This document shows positions 10,182 to 19,544 of a DNA stretch of 64,000 nucleotides, piece by piece. Positions within the stretch are counted from its first letter, which is position 1, and each line of letters begins with the position of its first letter. Both the position numbers and the translations under genes were made by a program. The notes below the pieces were generated by a model. It worked only from the letters and a program-made list of their open reading frames with translations. It ran no database searches and was not told the origin of the DNA. This stretch comes from Candidatus Melainabacteria bacterium 17Bon1m (GTDB taxonomy: Bacteria; Cyanobacteriota; Vampirovibrionia; Obscuribacterales; Obscuribacteraceae), in assembly GCA_032128875.1 (NCBI GenBank), contig JAVLKG010000003.1, positions 984,974 through 1,048,973 on the forward strand, given 5' to 3'.

Positions 10182-10902
10182 GGTCAATACCTAAAAGCGT
10201 TAGCGTCGGAGCCAGGTGCTCGATCTCAGTTAGAAATGGTGCAATTTGGTTGGCATAACCACCTGTGATTACAGTGGTGTGCTCGCCGGGTAGTACCGCT
10301 TTAGCCGTGGCTATCCATTGTTTGATGATGCCGATATGGGCAAGCAATGTGCCCGATAATATTGCATCGTCGGTGCGATGACCTGGTGAAAGCTGATTGA
10401 CTGAGCGGACCTTTCCGGTTAAATCCGGAAGCTGGTCGGTGTGCTCGTTGAGAGCGCGCAGAGTACGTCCGAGACCAAGTGTTATCCAGCCTCCCTGGAA
10501 TTCTCCTTCTGCGCTTGCCGCCGTGAAAGTGGTGGCAGTACCGCAGTCGATTACAAATGCACCGCGACCCTTGCCGAAGATATGTATGGCGGCAGACACG
10601 CTGGCGACTCTGTCGGTGCCGAGGGTCTTGTATGTGCCGGTGATCAGCGGCTGGCTGTGGGTAGTGACTTGGACCGCGTCTTCTCCCGCCTCCAGCAGGC
10701 GCTTGAGGATGATGTCCGATGCTTCTGGCACCACTGATGCTATCGCTATTTTTGCCTTGTGCGCGCGAGCACCGGTGAGAATGGCGTCGGCTGCGTCTTT
10801 CGGCAGCAATGTGTCGTTGTGCCAAATATCGAGTATCTTGCCACCGTCTATGACGGCGCTGGATATTCTGCTGTTGCCTACGTCTACCGCGATTCGAGTC
10901 AT
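10141..10902 (-). CDS. coaX: Type III pantothenate kinase
   Basis: AVDVGNS, LGTDR, VIDCGTATT, GGWI, VITGG motifs. Confidence 0.93.
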   Translation of the reverse strand: MTRIAVDVGNSRISSAVIDGGKILDIWHNDTLLPKDAADAILTGARAHKAKIAIASVVPEASDIILKRLLEAGEDAVQVTTHSQPLITGTYKTLGTDRVASVSAAIHIFGKGRGAFVIDCGTATTFTAASAEGEFQGGWITLGLGRTLRALNEHTDQLPDLTGKVRSVNQLSPGHRTDDAILSGTLLAHIGIIKQWIATAKAVLPGEHTTVITGGYANQIAPFLTEIEHLAPTLTLLGIDLIAKAEAVRADRD

Positions 10903-10968
10903 TAGAGTCAGTTAACCGTGCGGGACCGGGACGCCCCGAAAACCGGGTCCGTCTTCACAACACGGATT

Positions 10969-13197
10969 TTACTTCCTCGCAAGGTATCTATGTACGCCCT
11001 TAAGCAAACCCTCAGCTACGCGTTCCTGCACCACAGGGTCCAGCATTTGGGCAAATTCGTCCGGATGGATCATAAAACCCACTTCAACTAGCACCGCGGG
11101 CATCGATGTCGGTCGGCAAAGCGCCAGATTTTGGAAGCGGCAACCGATGTCTGGAAAGCCTACGGCGCTTATGACTGAGTCTTTCAACCCGCGCGCCAAC
11201 TCCGTCGATTGGGGGTGGTACCAATAAGTGGATGTCCCGTGTTCTTTCCACGGATCGCGACCATCCGGCAGCGCGTTGTTGTGGACCGAAACTAATAGAT
11301 CGGCGTCAGCTCTGACCGCTATGTTGACCCGCTCGTCCAGTGAAACCGTTTCCGAATCGGTCGTGCGCGTCATTATTACGTGGGCTCCGGCACGCTCGAG
11401 CGCGGCTTTGAACTTAAGTGCCATCTCCAGATTGAGCTGCTTTTCTTTCATCCCATTGCAGCCGGTAGAACCACTTTCGGTACCACCGTGCCCAGGGTCC
11501 ACGCAAATTTTCAACCCGGACAGAGAGCCGTCTGCTGCCAGCCTGGGTGCGTGTTTGACTCGCAGGCGCAGGGTCGTTCCCTCATAGTCGACCTTGTAGC
11601 CCCATTGCCGGTCCCCCTTCAACTGCGCGGTTACTTCGAAGACACCGTCTTGCACTTGCCGGAAAGAAATTCCGTCAACCAGGTCAAGGTTCGACCGTTT
11701 GCTTATTTCATCGGCGTCTGTATCCGCGGGGCTAACCCAGTCAGTGTCTTGAGTCGCACCGTAGATCTTCAATGTAAGTTTATTTGGATGAACCGATTGC
11801 TCGACCTGGTAGGGCAACCTCTGGCTCATCGGTAAAAGCAATGCGTCGCCGTAACCATCCTTTTTAGTATTTATAGTTCTTACAGTAGATGCCGGAAGCG
11901 CGCCGGAGGCTCCAGGATTAGAGGGCGACCAGCCAGGGTTTGCGGCGGTCATATCGTTTTTGCTGATATAAACGTGTTTCGTTGAAGAGTAGACAATTCG
12001 CAGTTCGTCGCCATGCCAACCATCAGCTAACAAGCGAACGCCACGCACTAGGGGCGTAATGCGTCCGGCGCCAGGACCTACTCTGACAATAGTGTTGTCG
12101 TGTGCCGTTTGCACTAAAAACGGCTGGCGCACTACAGTGATTTTGTAGGGTGACGTTGCGCTTACGCTTCTTCCGTCTTTCTCTGCAATAAATATCGGAT
12201 TGGTTTGTTCAAACTGATCCAGGGCGCTTATTTTTATAAAACCAACATAGCGATCTGAGCGAGCTGCGGGCAAGCGCTGGTAAACCTGTCCGTATGCTGC
12301 GTCGAGACCGATGTTTACACCGGAATTGGCTGAGGTGTCTACTGGGCTCATCCCGATTGTTGTGTAAGGATTGTAGCCGCCGGTCTGTTGTGCGGCTGAT
12401 GCTTTCGCTAGCGATGCCTTCGTTGACACTGCATTCGAGTGCGTCGCTGATTTTTGAGGGGTATTGTGTCTTGCACCATTTGCGGTGGCGCCCTTCTTTC
12501 CTTTGGCTGCCGCCGATTTTCTTGCCGCAATTTTTCTTTGTTGTATTTGCTGCTTCAATGCTACGGAGGGGTAAAATGGCACTACATGCCCACCTATCTG
12601 CATAGAGACCGTTGAACCAGGCGTAGCGCGAACAGAGAATTCAACTAATTCGCCCGGCAATACTCCGCGCTCTACTGCTGGTGAAATCGAATCGGGTAAG
12701 ATTTTTAGCTCACCGGCAGGTACCGGTGGTGGTGGCAGCTCTCGATTGACAGTGATGACCTTAGGTGGGCCAAATGGTCGTCCTGGTGCCTGTTGGCTGC
12801 TGGGCCTGTCTAGCAATTGCAAGTTGAGACGATTTGCTCCTGGTTGCAGACCAATAACATGCGCAAAGAATCCGGCACGACCAACTCGTGCCTCTTGCCC
12901 ATTGATGGTGAGACCGGCACCGGGTGCAATCGCCCCGACAATATATGAGGAAGAGGCAGGCACCTTGCCGTTATCCGGAGGGTAGGCAACAAATATGTTG
13001 GCAGAACCGGAGGCGTCCGCAGCGCTTGCCGCATTTGCTCCAGCTCCAACATTTATTGCAGCTCCAACATTTACTGCACATTCCGCTTTTTCTGTTTTCT
13101 TGCAGCAAAGATCAGGGCTCGGTGAAATCACGGAAAGCACCAGTCCGGCAGCCACGGCGCCTGCGATGTAGCGCCAACCGGAACTCTTCAAATGCAT
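10969..13197 (-). CDS. N-acetylmuramoyl-L-alanine amidase (Amidase_3, cyanobacterial-type architecture)
   Basis: N-terminal signal/TM; C-terminal VDPGHGG, EK, LxERV, VSVHNNA, VLVEVGFM. Confidence 0.92.
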   Translation of the reverse strand: MHLKSSGWRYIAGAVAAGLVLSVISPSPDLCCKKTEKAECAVNVGAAINVGAGANAASAADASGSANIFVAYPPDNGKVPASSSYIVGAIAPGAGLTINGQEARVGRAGFFAHVIGLQPGANRLNLQLLDRPSSQQAPGRPFGPPKVITVNRELPPPPVPAGELKILPDSISPAVERGVLPGELVEFSVRATPGSTVSMQIGGHVVPFYPSVALKQQIQQRKIAARKSAAAKGKKGATANGARHNTPQKSATHSNAVSTKASLAKASAAQQTGGYNPYTTIGMSPVDTSANSGVNIGLDAAYGQVYQRLPAARSDRYVGFIKISALDQFEQTNPIFIAEKDGRSVSATSPYKITVVRQPFLVQTAHDNTIVRVGPGAGRITPLVRGVRLLADGWHGDELRIVYSSTKHVYISKNDMTAANPGWSPSNPGASGALPASTVRTINTKKDGYGDALLLPMSQRLPYQVEQSVHPNKLTLKIYGATQDTDWVSPADTDADEISKRSNLDLVDGISFRQVQDGVFEVTAQLKGDRQWGYKVDYEGTTLRLRVKHAPRLAADGSLSGLKICVDPGHGGTESGSTGCNGMKEKQLNLEMALKFKAALERAGAHVIMTRTTDSETVSLDERVNIAVRADADLLVSVHNNALPDGRDPWKEHGTSTYWYHPQSTELARGLKDSVISAVGFPDIGCRFQNLALCRPTSMPAVLVEVGFMIHPDEFAQMLDPVVQERVAEGLLKGVHRYLARK

Positions 13198-13246
13198 TGC
13201 GCCTCCTGTTTTCTGAATAACGTAATCTGAAATGCGCGACTGAAGT

Positions 13247-14122
13247 TTAGTTCGGATTCGCTAATTTTTCCTTTTCTTGACGCGCCTTTTCAATTCGTTT
13301 TTTCAATTCCCAATCGTTGACAGTCCAATTGAATGGTAGTCCAAAACCCTTAATTACAGTGACATTGCTTATTGTTTCTTGTGCTTCGGGGTTTAGAAAA
13401 GACAAAACAAAATCGACAGGTGTGCCAAACCGTTTTTCAAAAATACCCTGGTTCCACTGCAAGAAAGGCCCAATGTCCAGGCGGCTTTTATATTTGTCGA
13501 ACTGCACATTGCCGGGGTCACAAACCCATCTGTACGCGGCTTCTTTCATGTCTTTGTCCATTCGCTCCGGCGTGACCGGATGGTCCAATATAGCTGGATG
13601 TCCCATCGCGCCGCCGCACATCAAGAAGATTTCTTCCGGAAAGTTATCGCTGAATAGTGGTTGAACCTTTTCGAATTGGATCGTCTGCATCGAGTATTTA
13701 TCCCCACCAACAGTGAATTTACGCCGTGTGGGGTCGTTGCCGAGTTGTTTTAGATCTGTGATGGGAAAACGATCTGCGACCGTTTTAATCACTATGAGGT
13801 TGTAGACATTGAGCCAGTAGCAGAGCCTTTCTTTATCATCCAGCATCTTTGCGGGGCTGATATGGGCGATCTCTTTTATGCTCTCTTTTAGCAACGGAGA
13901 CTTTTTCAAATTTGCATAGTCGACGCTGCTGTCTTTGACAAATTCCTTGAGCAGTTGCGAATACTTGTCGAAGCGGTATGTCACCGGGGTTTCGACTTTG
14001 ACGAACATCGTCTCCAGTGACTCGAATCCGTCGCCAATCATTTGAAAGCCGACAAGAAGCAGACCCAGAGCCAACACGCAAAGTCCTATAGCTTTCATCA
14101 GGAAGCCGTTGCGTTCGGTCAA
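13247..14122 (-). CDS. DUF547-family protein
   Basis: VDYANLK, ERLCYWLNVYN, PFNWTVND; N-terminal TM. Confidence 0.8.
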   Translation of the reverse strand: MTERNGFLMKAIGLCVLALGLLLVGFQMIGDGFESLETMFVKVETPVTYRFDKYSQLLKEFVKDSSVDYANLKKSPLLKESIKEIAHISPAKMLDDKERLCYWLNVYNLIVIKTVADRFPITDLKQLGNDPTRRKFTVGGDKYSMQTIQFEKVQPLFSDNFPEEIFLMCGGAMGHPAILDHPVTPERMDKDMKEAAYRWVCDPGNVQFDKYKSRLDIGPFLQWNQGIFEKRFGTPVDFVLSFLNPEAQETISNVTVIKGFGLPFNWTVNDWELKKRIEKARQEKEKLANPN

Positions 14123-14271
14123 AGTCTCAACCTCGCTCGTGCCCGAAGCACTTAGTAAAAATCAGGCAAATGTCCACTAGCTGTCATTAGACATTAAAAC
14201 ACTGGTAAGCGCAATTTTATCTGTTTGTCCGCCAAAAATTTGCCGGGGGGAAGTTTTCGGCGATGGTTTTA

Positions 14272-14304
14272 CAAAAGCAAAACGGCGCCGAATGCGACGC
14301 CGTT
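14272..14304 (-). terminator. Original host terminator of the tRNA-Ala gene, displaced by integration
   Basis: AACGGCG/CGCCGTT stem followed by TTGCTTTT on the minus strand, just past the displaced tRNA 3' fragment. Confidence 0.6.
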
Positions 14305-14319
14305 GCAAGACCAAAAATT

Positions 14320-14361
14320 TGGAGCGTACCGGGGTCGAACCGGTGACCTCTTCAATGCCAT
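14320..14361. repeat. attL: 42-bp direct repeat (3' part of tRNA-Ala)
   Basis: tggagcgtaccggggtcgaaccggtgacctcttcaatgccat, identical to 58494-58535. Confidence 0.97.
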
Positions 14362-14495
14362 GAATGGTTGCGCCGTCACCCTTTGGGGTGATTTGACGCG
14401 GGTTTATGGGGGATTCCCTGTGTATTCACTTGGGTAAATCCCAGTCACAAAAAGGATACTGTCGATGATGATCAAAATCCGTATCTCCGGAGGCT

Positions 14496-15338
14496 TTGTG
14501 GGCAATGAATGTAGATCACCTCTATAAGCTGTATTACGACCGTCACGCGACAGTCAGAACCAGGTGTCCCGAAAACGTTCATTACTTCTGGAAGGCTCAT
14601 GAAAAAACATGGACCGGCCGCGAAGTGGAATCTATAACCAAGCGCGAAATCCAAGATTGGATGGATGATGTGGCTCAATCAAGCCGCTCGTCTGCAACAA
14701 GAGCCGTCAATCAACTCTCCGCAATATTTGGATGGGGGATAAAACGCGGCTATATAGAGTCGAACCCGTGTATTGGTGTCGAAAGGTACAAGATCAAATC
14801 TCGTGAAAGATTCTTGATGCCAGGCGAACTATCGAAATTTCGAGCTTCGCTAAATCAAGAGCCCGAATTGTTACGGGATTTCTTCTACATCTGCCTGTTA
14901 ACGGGTGCACGTCGTGGCAACGTTCAGGCTATGCGATGGGATGAAATAGATCTCGATCTAAATATATGGCGATTCGATTCGAAGAATGATGATTCACAGG
15001 TCTTACCAATCATGCCCGCGGTAAAAGCAATTTTGTTGCGACGAGCACTTGTAAGCACATCACCTTTTGTTTTTCCGGGCCGGTATGGTGGACATCTCAA
15101 AGAACCGAAACGAGCTTGGGCGCGGGTTCTGAAAAGGGCTGGGATTTCCAATCTGAGAATTCATGACCTTCGGCGGACGGTTGGGTCTTACATGGCAATT
15201 AAAGGCGAATCAGCCTATGTCATTGGCAAAGCATTGGGGCACAGGGATCAGCGGTCCACTGCCGTCTATGCAAAGCTCAACTTAGAGCCGGTCAAATCAG
15301 CATTTGGAACCATCGAATCTATTCTTCTGCCATCTTGA
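14496..15338 (+). CDS. int: Tyrosine integrase
   Basis: LTGARRG, HDLRRT, LGH...TAVYA catalytic motifs; next to attL. Confidence 0.95.
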   Translation: MWAMNVDHLYKLYYDRHATVRTRCPENVHYFWKAHEKTWTGREVESITKREIQDWMDDVAQSSRSSATRAVNQLSAIFGWGIKRGYIESNPCIGVERYKIKSRERFLMPGELSKFRASLNQEPELLRDFFYICLLTGARRGNVQAMRWDEIDLDLNIWRFDSKNDDSQVLPIMPAVKAILLRRALVSTSPFVFPGRYGGHLKEPKRAWARVLKRAGISNLRIHDLRRTVGSYMAIKGESAYVIGKALGHRDQRSTAVYAKLNLEPVKSAFGTIESILLPS

Positions 15339-15393
15339 CCGAACCAGCATTAGAGCCTAGAATCTAGAGTATGGATTCCAATCAGAGGGAGAT

Positions 15394-15603
15394 ATGCCAA
15401 AGATTCAAGTATTCATCAGTGAAGAAACAGACGCCGCTTTGCGGGATTTCTCGAATCAAGTTCGAAAGTCAGTCTCGAGTGTGGCCGCTGAAGCTATTGA
15501 TTATGCAATTGCGTCAGGCTGGCAGCCTGGAATGACCGAAAGCCTGGCAGACCGAGTGGCCAAATTGGAGGAATTCATGGCCAAGCTGCAGAAGAAGAAA
15601 TAA
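15394..15603 (+). CDS. Ribbon-helix-helix DNA-binding protein
   Basis: MPKIQVFISEETDAALR...SVSSVAAEAI; GAGGGAG RBS. Confidence 0.7.
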   Translation: MPKIQVFISEETDAALRDFSNQVRKSVSSVAAEAIDYAIASGWQPGMTESLADRVAKLEEFMAKLQKKK

Positions 15604-15688
15604 CCCAATAAAGCTACCCCGCGCGGTAACGCAGGGTAGGGCGGGAGAGAACCCGCTAGAGAACCATAATACAAGGGAGAGAACCCAC

Positions 15689-15964
15689 ATGAAAGTAAAT
15701 AAAGAACTTCTCGCGCCTTTGCGCGACGATATCCCGTTTCATCAGATGTCAACCGACACAATGATGACGATGGCTCAAGACAAGAATTCGCCACGCCGAA
15801 GAGAATTGGCCGTTTTCGTATGCAATCGCGCTGATGCTTACGACGAATTAGGACAAGAGTATCCGACCTGGTTGGCTGCTTGTCTCTTCTATCTGTCAGA
15901 CAAGCTGGAAGAAATCGCTCAAGAAGCTGCGAAAGAACTCCGCGCTCAGAGACAAAGCCATTAG
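15689..15964 (+). CDS. Hypothetical phage protein
   Basis: 91-aa ORF with RBS. Confidence 0.6.
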   Translation: MKVNKELLAPLRDDIPFHQMSTDTMMTMAQDKNSPRRRELAVFVCNRADAYDELGQEYPTWLAACLFYLSDKLEEIAQEAAKELRAQRQSH

Positions 15965-16020
15965 TGTCGAATTAATCGACCAATCATCCGAGTCAGTCGA
16001 ATTATCAGGAGAAAATCGAC

Positions 16021-16689
16021 ATGTCTAATGTAGTCCCGATCAATCAAAAGACTCTATCTATCGTTCCGCAACAGAACGCATTTACAACAGCTATGTCATT
16101 GGTTCCAATCAAGAAGAAGCGATTTGGCGGCAGACCGCCGAAAGGACCGAACAACCCGCACACCCGGAAGGCGCTCAGCAAAGAAGAGCTTGAGCGAGTA
16201 TTCGAGGCAGCGAAGACGGCGAGCAGATACGGGCATCGTGATTACTGCATGATGTTGATTGCATATCGTCACGCGCTGCGCTCCAGCGAGATCTCCAAAT
16301 TGCATTGGTCAATGATTGATCTCGACAAGAAAGAAATATACATTCCTCGATCAAAAGGCGGTCAATCGAATTATCATCCGCTATCGGATCTTGAAATCAA
16401 AGAATTGAATTGGCTGCCTGATCATCGTGGATATGTATTCAAGGCTCAAACTGGTGGCAACCTGCAAGCCAGAGCCATCTTCAAAATAGTTGCTCGAGCC
16501 GGCAGACTCGCTGGACTTAATTTCCCACTTCATCCACACATGTTCAGGCATTCAAAGCTGACTCATCTGGCGGAGCGGAAGACTGACGCGTTCATTCTTC
16601 AGAACTTCGCTGGTCACAAAGACATTAGATCGACTCAAGAATATGTGAAAGAGGCAAAATGGCAATTTGAGGGGCTGACTGAAGACTAA
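16021..16689 (+). CDS. Second tyrosine recombinase, FimB/FimE-like (catalytic domain only)
   Basis: RYGHRDYCMMLIAYRHALRSSE, RSKGG...HPL, HPHMFRHS, AGHKDIRSTQEY. Confidence 0.88.
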   Translation: MSNVVPINQKTLSIVPQQNAFTTAMSLVPIKKKRFGGRPPKGPNNPHTRKALSKEELERVFEAAKTASRYGHRDYCMMLIAYRHALRSSEISKLHWSMIDLDKKEIYIPRSKGGQSNYHPLSDLEIKELNWLPDHRGYVFKAQTGGNLQARAIFKIVARAGRLAGLNFPLHPHMFRHSKLTHLAERKTDAFILQNFAGHKDIRSTQEYVKEAKWQFEGLTED

Positions 16690-17045
16690 TGAGAAAGCTT
16701 GACTGTTCGGAAAGTACTGAGAATTTGCTAAAGGCAGCGGGTGAATGCCCGTATTGCCAAATGGACACGCTTTGGAAGCAGAAGTGGTCAACTCACTGGT
16801 TCTATTGCTGCATGTGTGATCAATGGTGGACAACTGAACCAGAGCCGTTGAAGATGAATCCAGGCTATATCAATCAGATTGATTTCATGCAAGCAATGCG
16901 AAACTATCAGCCGGAGCCTTCAATGTTGGTAGCAGCTATAGCCAATCAACCGAGTTACGCTCATCAGCAATTACACCCAACCAATCGATTAGCTCAATGG
17001 CGCTCACCGCTCGAATTGGTAGTGAATGAATCAATCACTGTTTAA
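16689..17045 (+). CDS. Zn-ribbon hypothetical protein
   Basis: CPYC ... CCMC; TAATG coupling to the recombinase. Confidence 0.55.
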   Translation: MRKLDCSESTENLLKAAGECPYCQMDTLWKQKWSTHWFYCCMCDQWWTTEPEPLKMNPGYINQIDFMQAMRNYQPEPSMLVAAIANQPSYAHQQLHPTNRLAQWRSPLELVVNESITV

Positions 17046-17084
17046 TTGATTGGACCGACCCAGCAAGCAACAATCTAAACATAT

Positions 17085-17121
17085 AACCCCAGGCGCCCCT
17101 CATTGAAGCCACTGGGGTTTT
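17085..17121 (+). terminator. Intrinsic terminator
   Basis: AACCCCAG/CTGGGGTT stem followed by T-rich tract. Confidence 0.55.
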
Positions 17122-17136
17122 AGTTTTGGAGATGTA

Positions 17137-17424
17137 ATGCTGAAAAGAATCAAGTGGAGTTACCACTATAAGATGGTCTGGCTGGGGACGCTACTGTTCA
17201 AGACCGGCAAAGCCCATTGCTCTTTCTGTAATTCCAAGCCCACCAATTTCATTCAATACGCCGGTCGGTTGAAATGGGAACACCTGTGTTTCGACTGCTA
17301 CATGATTACCCATGATGTGATCATGGAACTGGCCGACATGAACTTACCAGCCGATGCGATAAATTATCGATTTATCTCTAAACAAGCATGGAAAGAGTAC
17401 ATGAAGCGTCAGGCCGCCCTCTAA
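17137..17424 (+). CDS. Zn-finger hypothetical protein
   Basis: CSFC ... CFDC; GGAG RBS. Confidence 0.55.
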   Translation: MLKRIKWSYHYKMVWLGTLLFKTGKAHCSFCNSKPTNFIQYAGRLKWEHLCFDCYMITHDVIMELADMNLPADAINYRFISKQAWKEYMKRQAAL

Positions 17425-17666
17425 ATCTTCTTGGCTCCGCAACGCAGGCAGAGCATTACCCGCCTGGCGATGTCATAGCGACTCATCCGCCCAGATATAT
17501 CGATCTGGCAATCACCACATTTAGTACCAGACAAAGCTTTCTTATCAATCAATCCGCAATGCCTGGATTTATTGAACTCAGTCGAATTCGGTCTGTTCTT
17601 CAATCTATTTAGAACAGTCAATTCACGTTTTTGATCATGACTAAGCCCAACTCTATGGCTCGACAT
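17421..17666 (-). CDS. Small Zn-finger hypothetical protein
   Basis: CGDC ... CLRC. Confidence 0.4.
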   Translation of the reverse strand: MSSHRVGLSHDQKRELTVLNRLKNRPNSTEFNKSRHCGLIDKKALSGTKCGDCQIDISGRMSRYDIARRVMLCLRCGAKKI

Positions 17667-18010
17667 TCTTATTGATTACCTAAAAACGGACAAAAAAAAT
17701 AGCGCTCTTTCGGTATGTTTAGCTTATCTGTTGCTGCGTGAAGCCCTAGAACACACACACATAACCCTCACAGACTCAGTAGGCTGCTAATGGCTATGGC
17801 GGATGACTCGTATCCGCGCATCTCTCCCAGGCTGAAATGTAAAAGGTGTAATTGCTTTCTTTTTTACCATCGATCAATTTCCCAATCAATTCCCTCAATC
17901 AGATATTGATCTGGTATCAAATCCAACACCATATCGAAAACATATCCTCATCATTTAATCAAACCAAATTGATTAGAGTCGAATTCAATCCAATACACTA
18001 ATCGAATCAG

Positions 18011-18030
18011 TGGTATCGGATGTGGTGGCA
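18011..18030. promoter_or_regulatory. 20-bp palindromic operator-like site
   Basis: TGGTATC-GGATGT-GGTGGCA; one of nine related intergenic sites. Confidence 0.65.
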
Positions 18031-18321
18031 ATGTTATTTGGCGAAGACAAATTCAATCGATGTGATCTGTATGTCTCAATCTCATTAGAGCCTAAACAGA
18101 TCATGTTAGCTTCGAACTCAGGGATTCGATATAAAACATTGAAATCTGAGAAATTGAATCTAACTGAATTGGATCAAGCCGTTGAACAGATGAGATCTGA
18201 AATCCCGAACTCTGACCAGGAAGAATCTTATTGGGAACTCTATCTGACTCCAAATCATGTTGAACAATACAATCAGATCCGAAACAACCGAAACAAGACG
18301 TTTTGTCTATTGGTGGCATAG
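18031..18321 (+). CDS. Hypothetical phage protein
   Basis: ATG immediately after the operator-like site. Confidence 0.45.
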   Translation: MLFGEDKFNRCDLYVSISLEPKQIMLASNSGIRYKTLKSEKLNLTELDQAVEQMRSEIPNSDQEESYWELYLTPNHVEQYNQIRNNRNKTFCLLVA

Positions 18322-18388
18322 ATGTCTGAACCTCTCCTCTTTTATCCTCTCGCTACGCTCACCTTCATCACCTTTGCAGGATACATAT

Positions 18389-18646
18389 ATGTTTCCCTCT
18401 TATCCTTCATATCGTCAGAACCCGTCGACTTCAACGCCGACAGAGAACTATAAATACTCACAGGAAGTCAGAACCAATGCACAGAGAAAACTCGACAGCC
18501 TCTTTATTGACCTCAGCAACAAAACGCCCAAAGACAAAAAAGCGTATTACCTTTACCAAGTTCTTCACGAAGCTGTTAACGCGAAAGCGGAACCAGGATC
18601 AAGAGACAAAGGTGAAACAGTCGACGACGACTATCTCTGTGGATAA
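18389..18646 (+). CDS. Hypothetical phage protein
   Basis: AGGA RBS before ATG 18389 (MFPSY...). Confidence 0.5.
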   Translation: MFPSYPSYRQNPSTSTPTENYKYSQEVRTNAQRKLDSLFIDLSNKTPKDKKAYYLYQVLHEAVNAKAEPGSRDKGETVDDDYLCG

Positions 18647-18900
18647 ACTCCCAGATCTGAATGTCCAATTCCCTGAACAGCCATTGACTGAAGAACAGCA
18701 ACAACAGGAAGACGACAAACTCCCAGAACCAATTCCACCAGTAATCCCAGCTCACATCAGAGCTCAATCATTCCCAGTCAAGAAAATCACTGAAAACAAA
18801 TGGGAAGTCTAAATCTCTTCTTCATTCATAGAATTCTCTGGTATTGCATTCAATACCATCTGTATATCTTCTCAATCATTCAAGGACTCAGAATCTACTG

Positions 18901-19116
18901 ATGGAAACAACTGCAGTTCTCGCAATTGCCTTCTTGATCTATGCAATCGCTCAAACAGTCGAATCAGCAATTCTCAAAGAGAAACTTGATGATCTAACAG
19001 ATATATCCAATCAGTTGATCAATGATGTTCAAACTATTTGGGATTCAACCATGAATCTAAACGTCATTGAATGCGACTTCCAACCAAATACATTCTCTGA
19101 AGGTAATGACCTCTAA
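18901..19116 (+). CDS. Small N-terminally anchored coiled-coil protein
   Basis: METTAVLAIAFLIYAIA TM then heptad pattern; AAGGA RBS. Confidence 0.55.
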   Translation: METTAVLAIAFLIYAIAQTVESAILKEKLDDLTDISNQLINDVQTIWDSTMNLNVIECDFQPNTFSEGNDL

Positions 19117-19544
19117 TGGACTTCATATTCATCCCTCTGATTCTATTCCTGATAGCGACAGCGCTGCATAATCCCTATCAGCGAGTGAACGAGCTCGACA
19201 AACAAATCACCGATCTAACCAAGCTGATTCACGCAATCGAAGCAGATCATTACATCCATGAATTCAATTGGAAACCAATCGGAAACAAAGTCAGAACAGC
19301 AGAGAAAACAATCTCAGTCCATGAACAACAGATTGGTTATGTAATGGATCAACTCAACATGATCAAATCTGACCTTCAATTATTTGTTGGACGATCAAAC
19401 GCCAATCGACAAGCTGAACTACTCAACGAGATCTTTACTCGACTCAATACCGCTGAACAGCAAATAGATGCTTTGAGAGAAGAAGACCTAAAGACGCTGC
19501 AAGACGCAGAGCTCCTAACGACCATTAGAAACACTCTTTCCTGA
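19116..19544 (+). CDS. N-terminally anchored coiled-coil protein
   Basis: MDFIFIPLILFLIATAL TM then heptads; TAATG coupling. Confidence 0.6.
   Translation: MDFIFIPLILFLIATALHNPYQRVNELDKQITDLTKLIHAIEADHYIHEFNWKPIGNKVRTAEKTISVHEQQIGYVMDQLNMIKSDLQLFVGRSNANRQAELLNEIFTRLNTAEQQIDALREEDLKTLQDAELLTTIRNTLS

Noticed and set aside
14225-14437. 70-aa ORF
   Set aside because: Spans the attL junction and terminator; chimeric chance frame.
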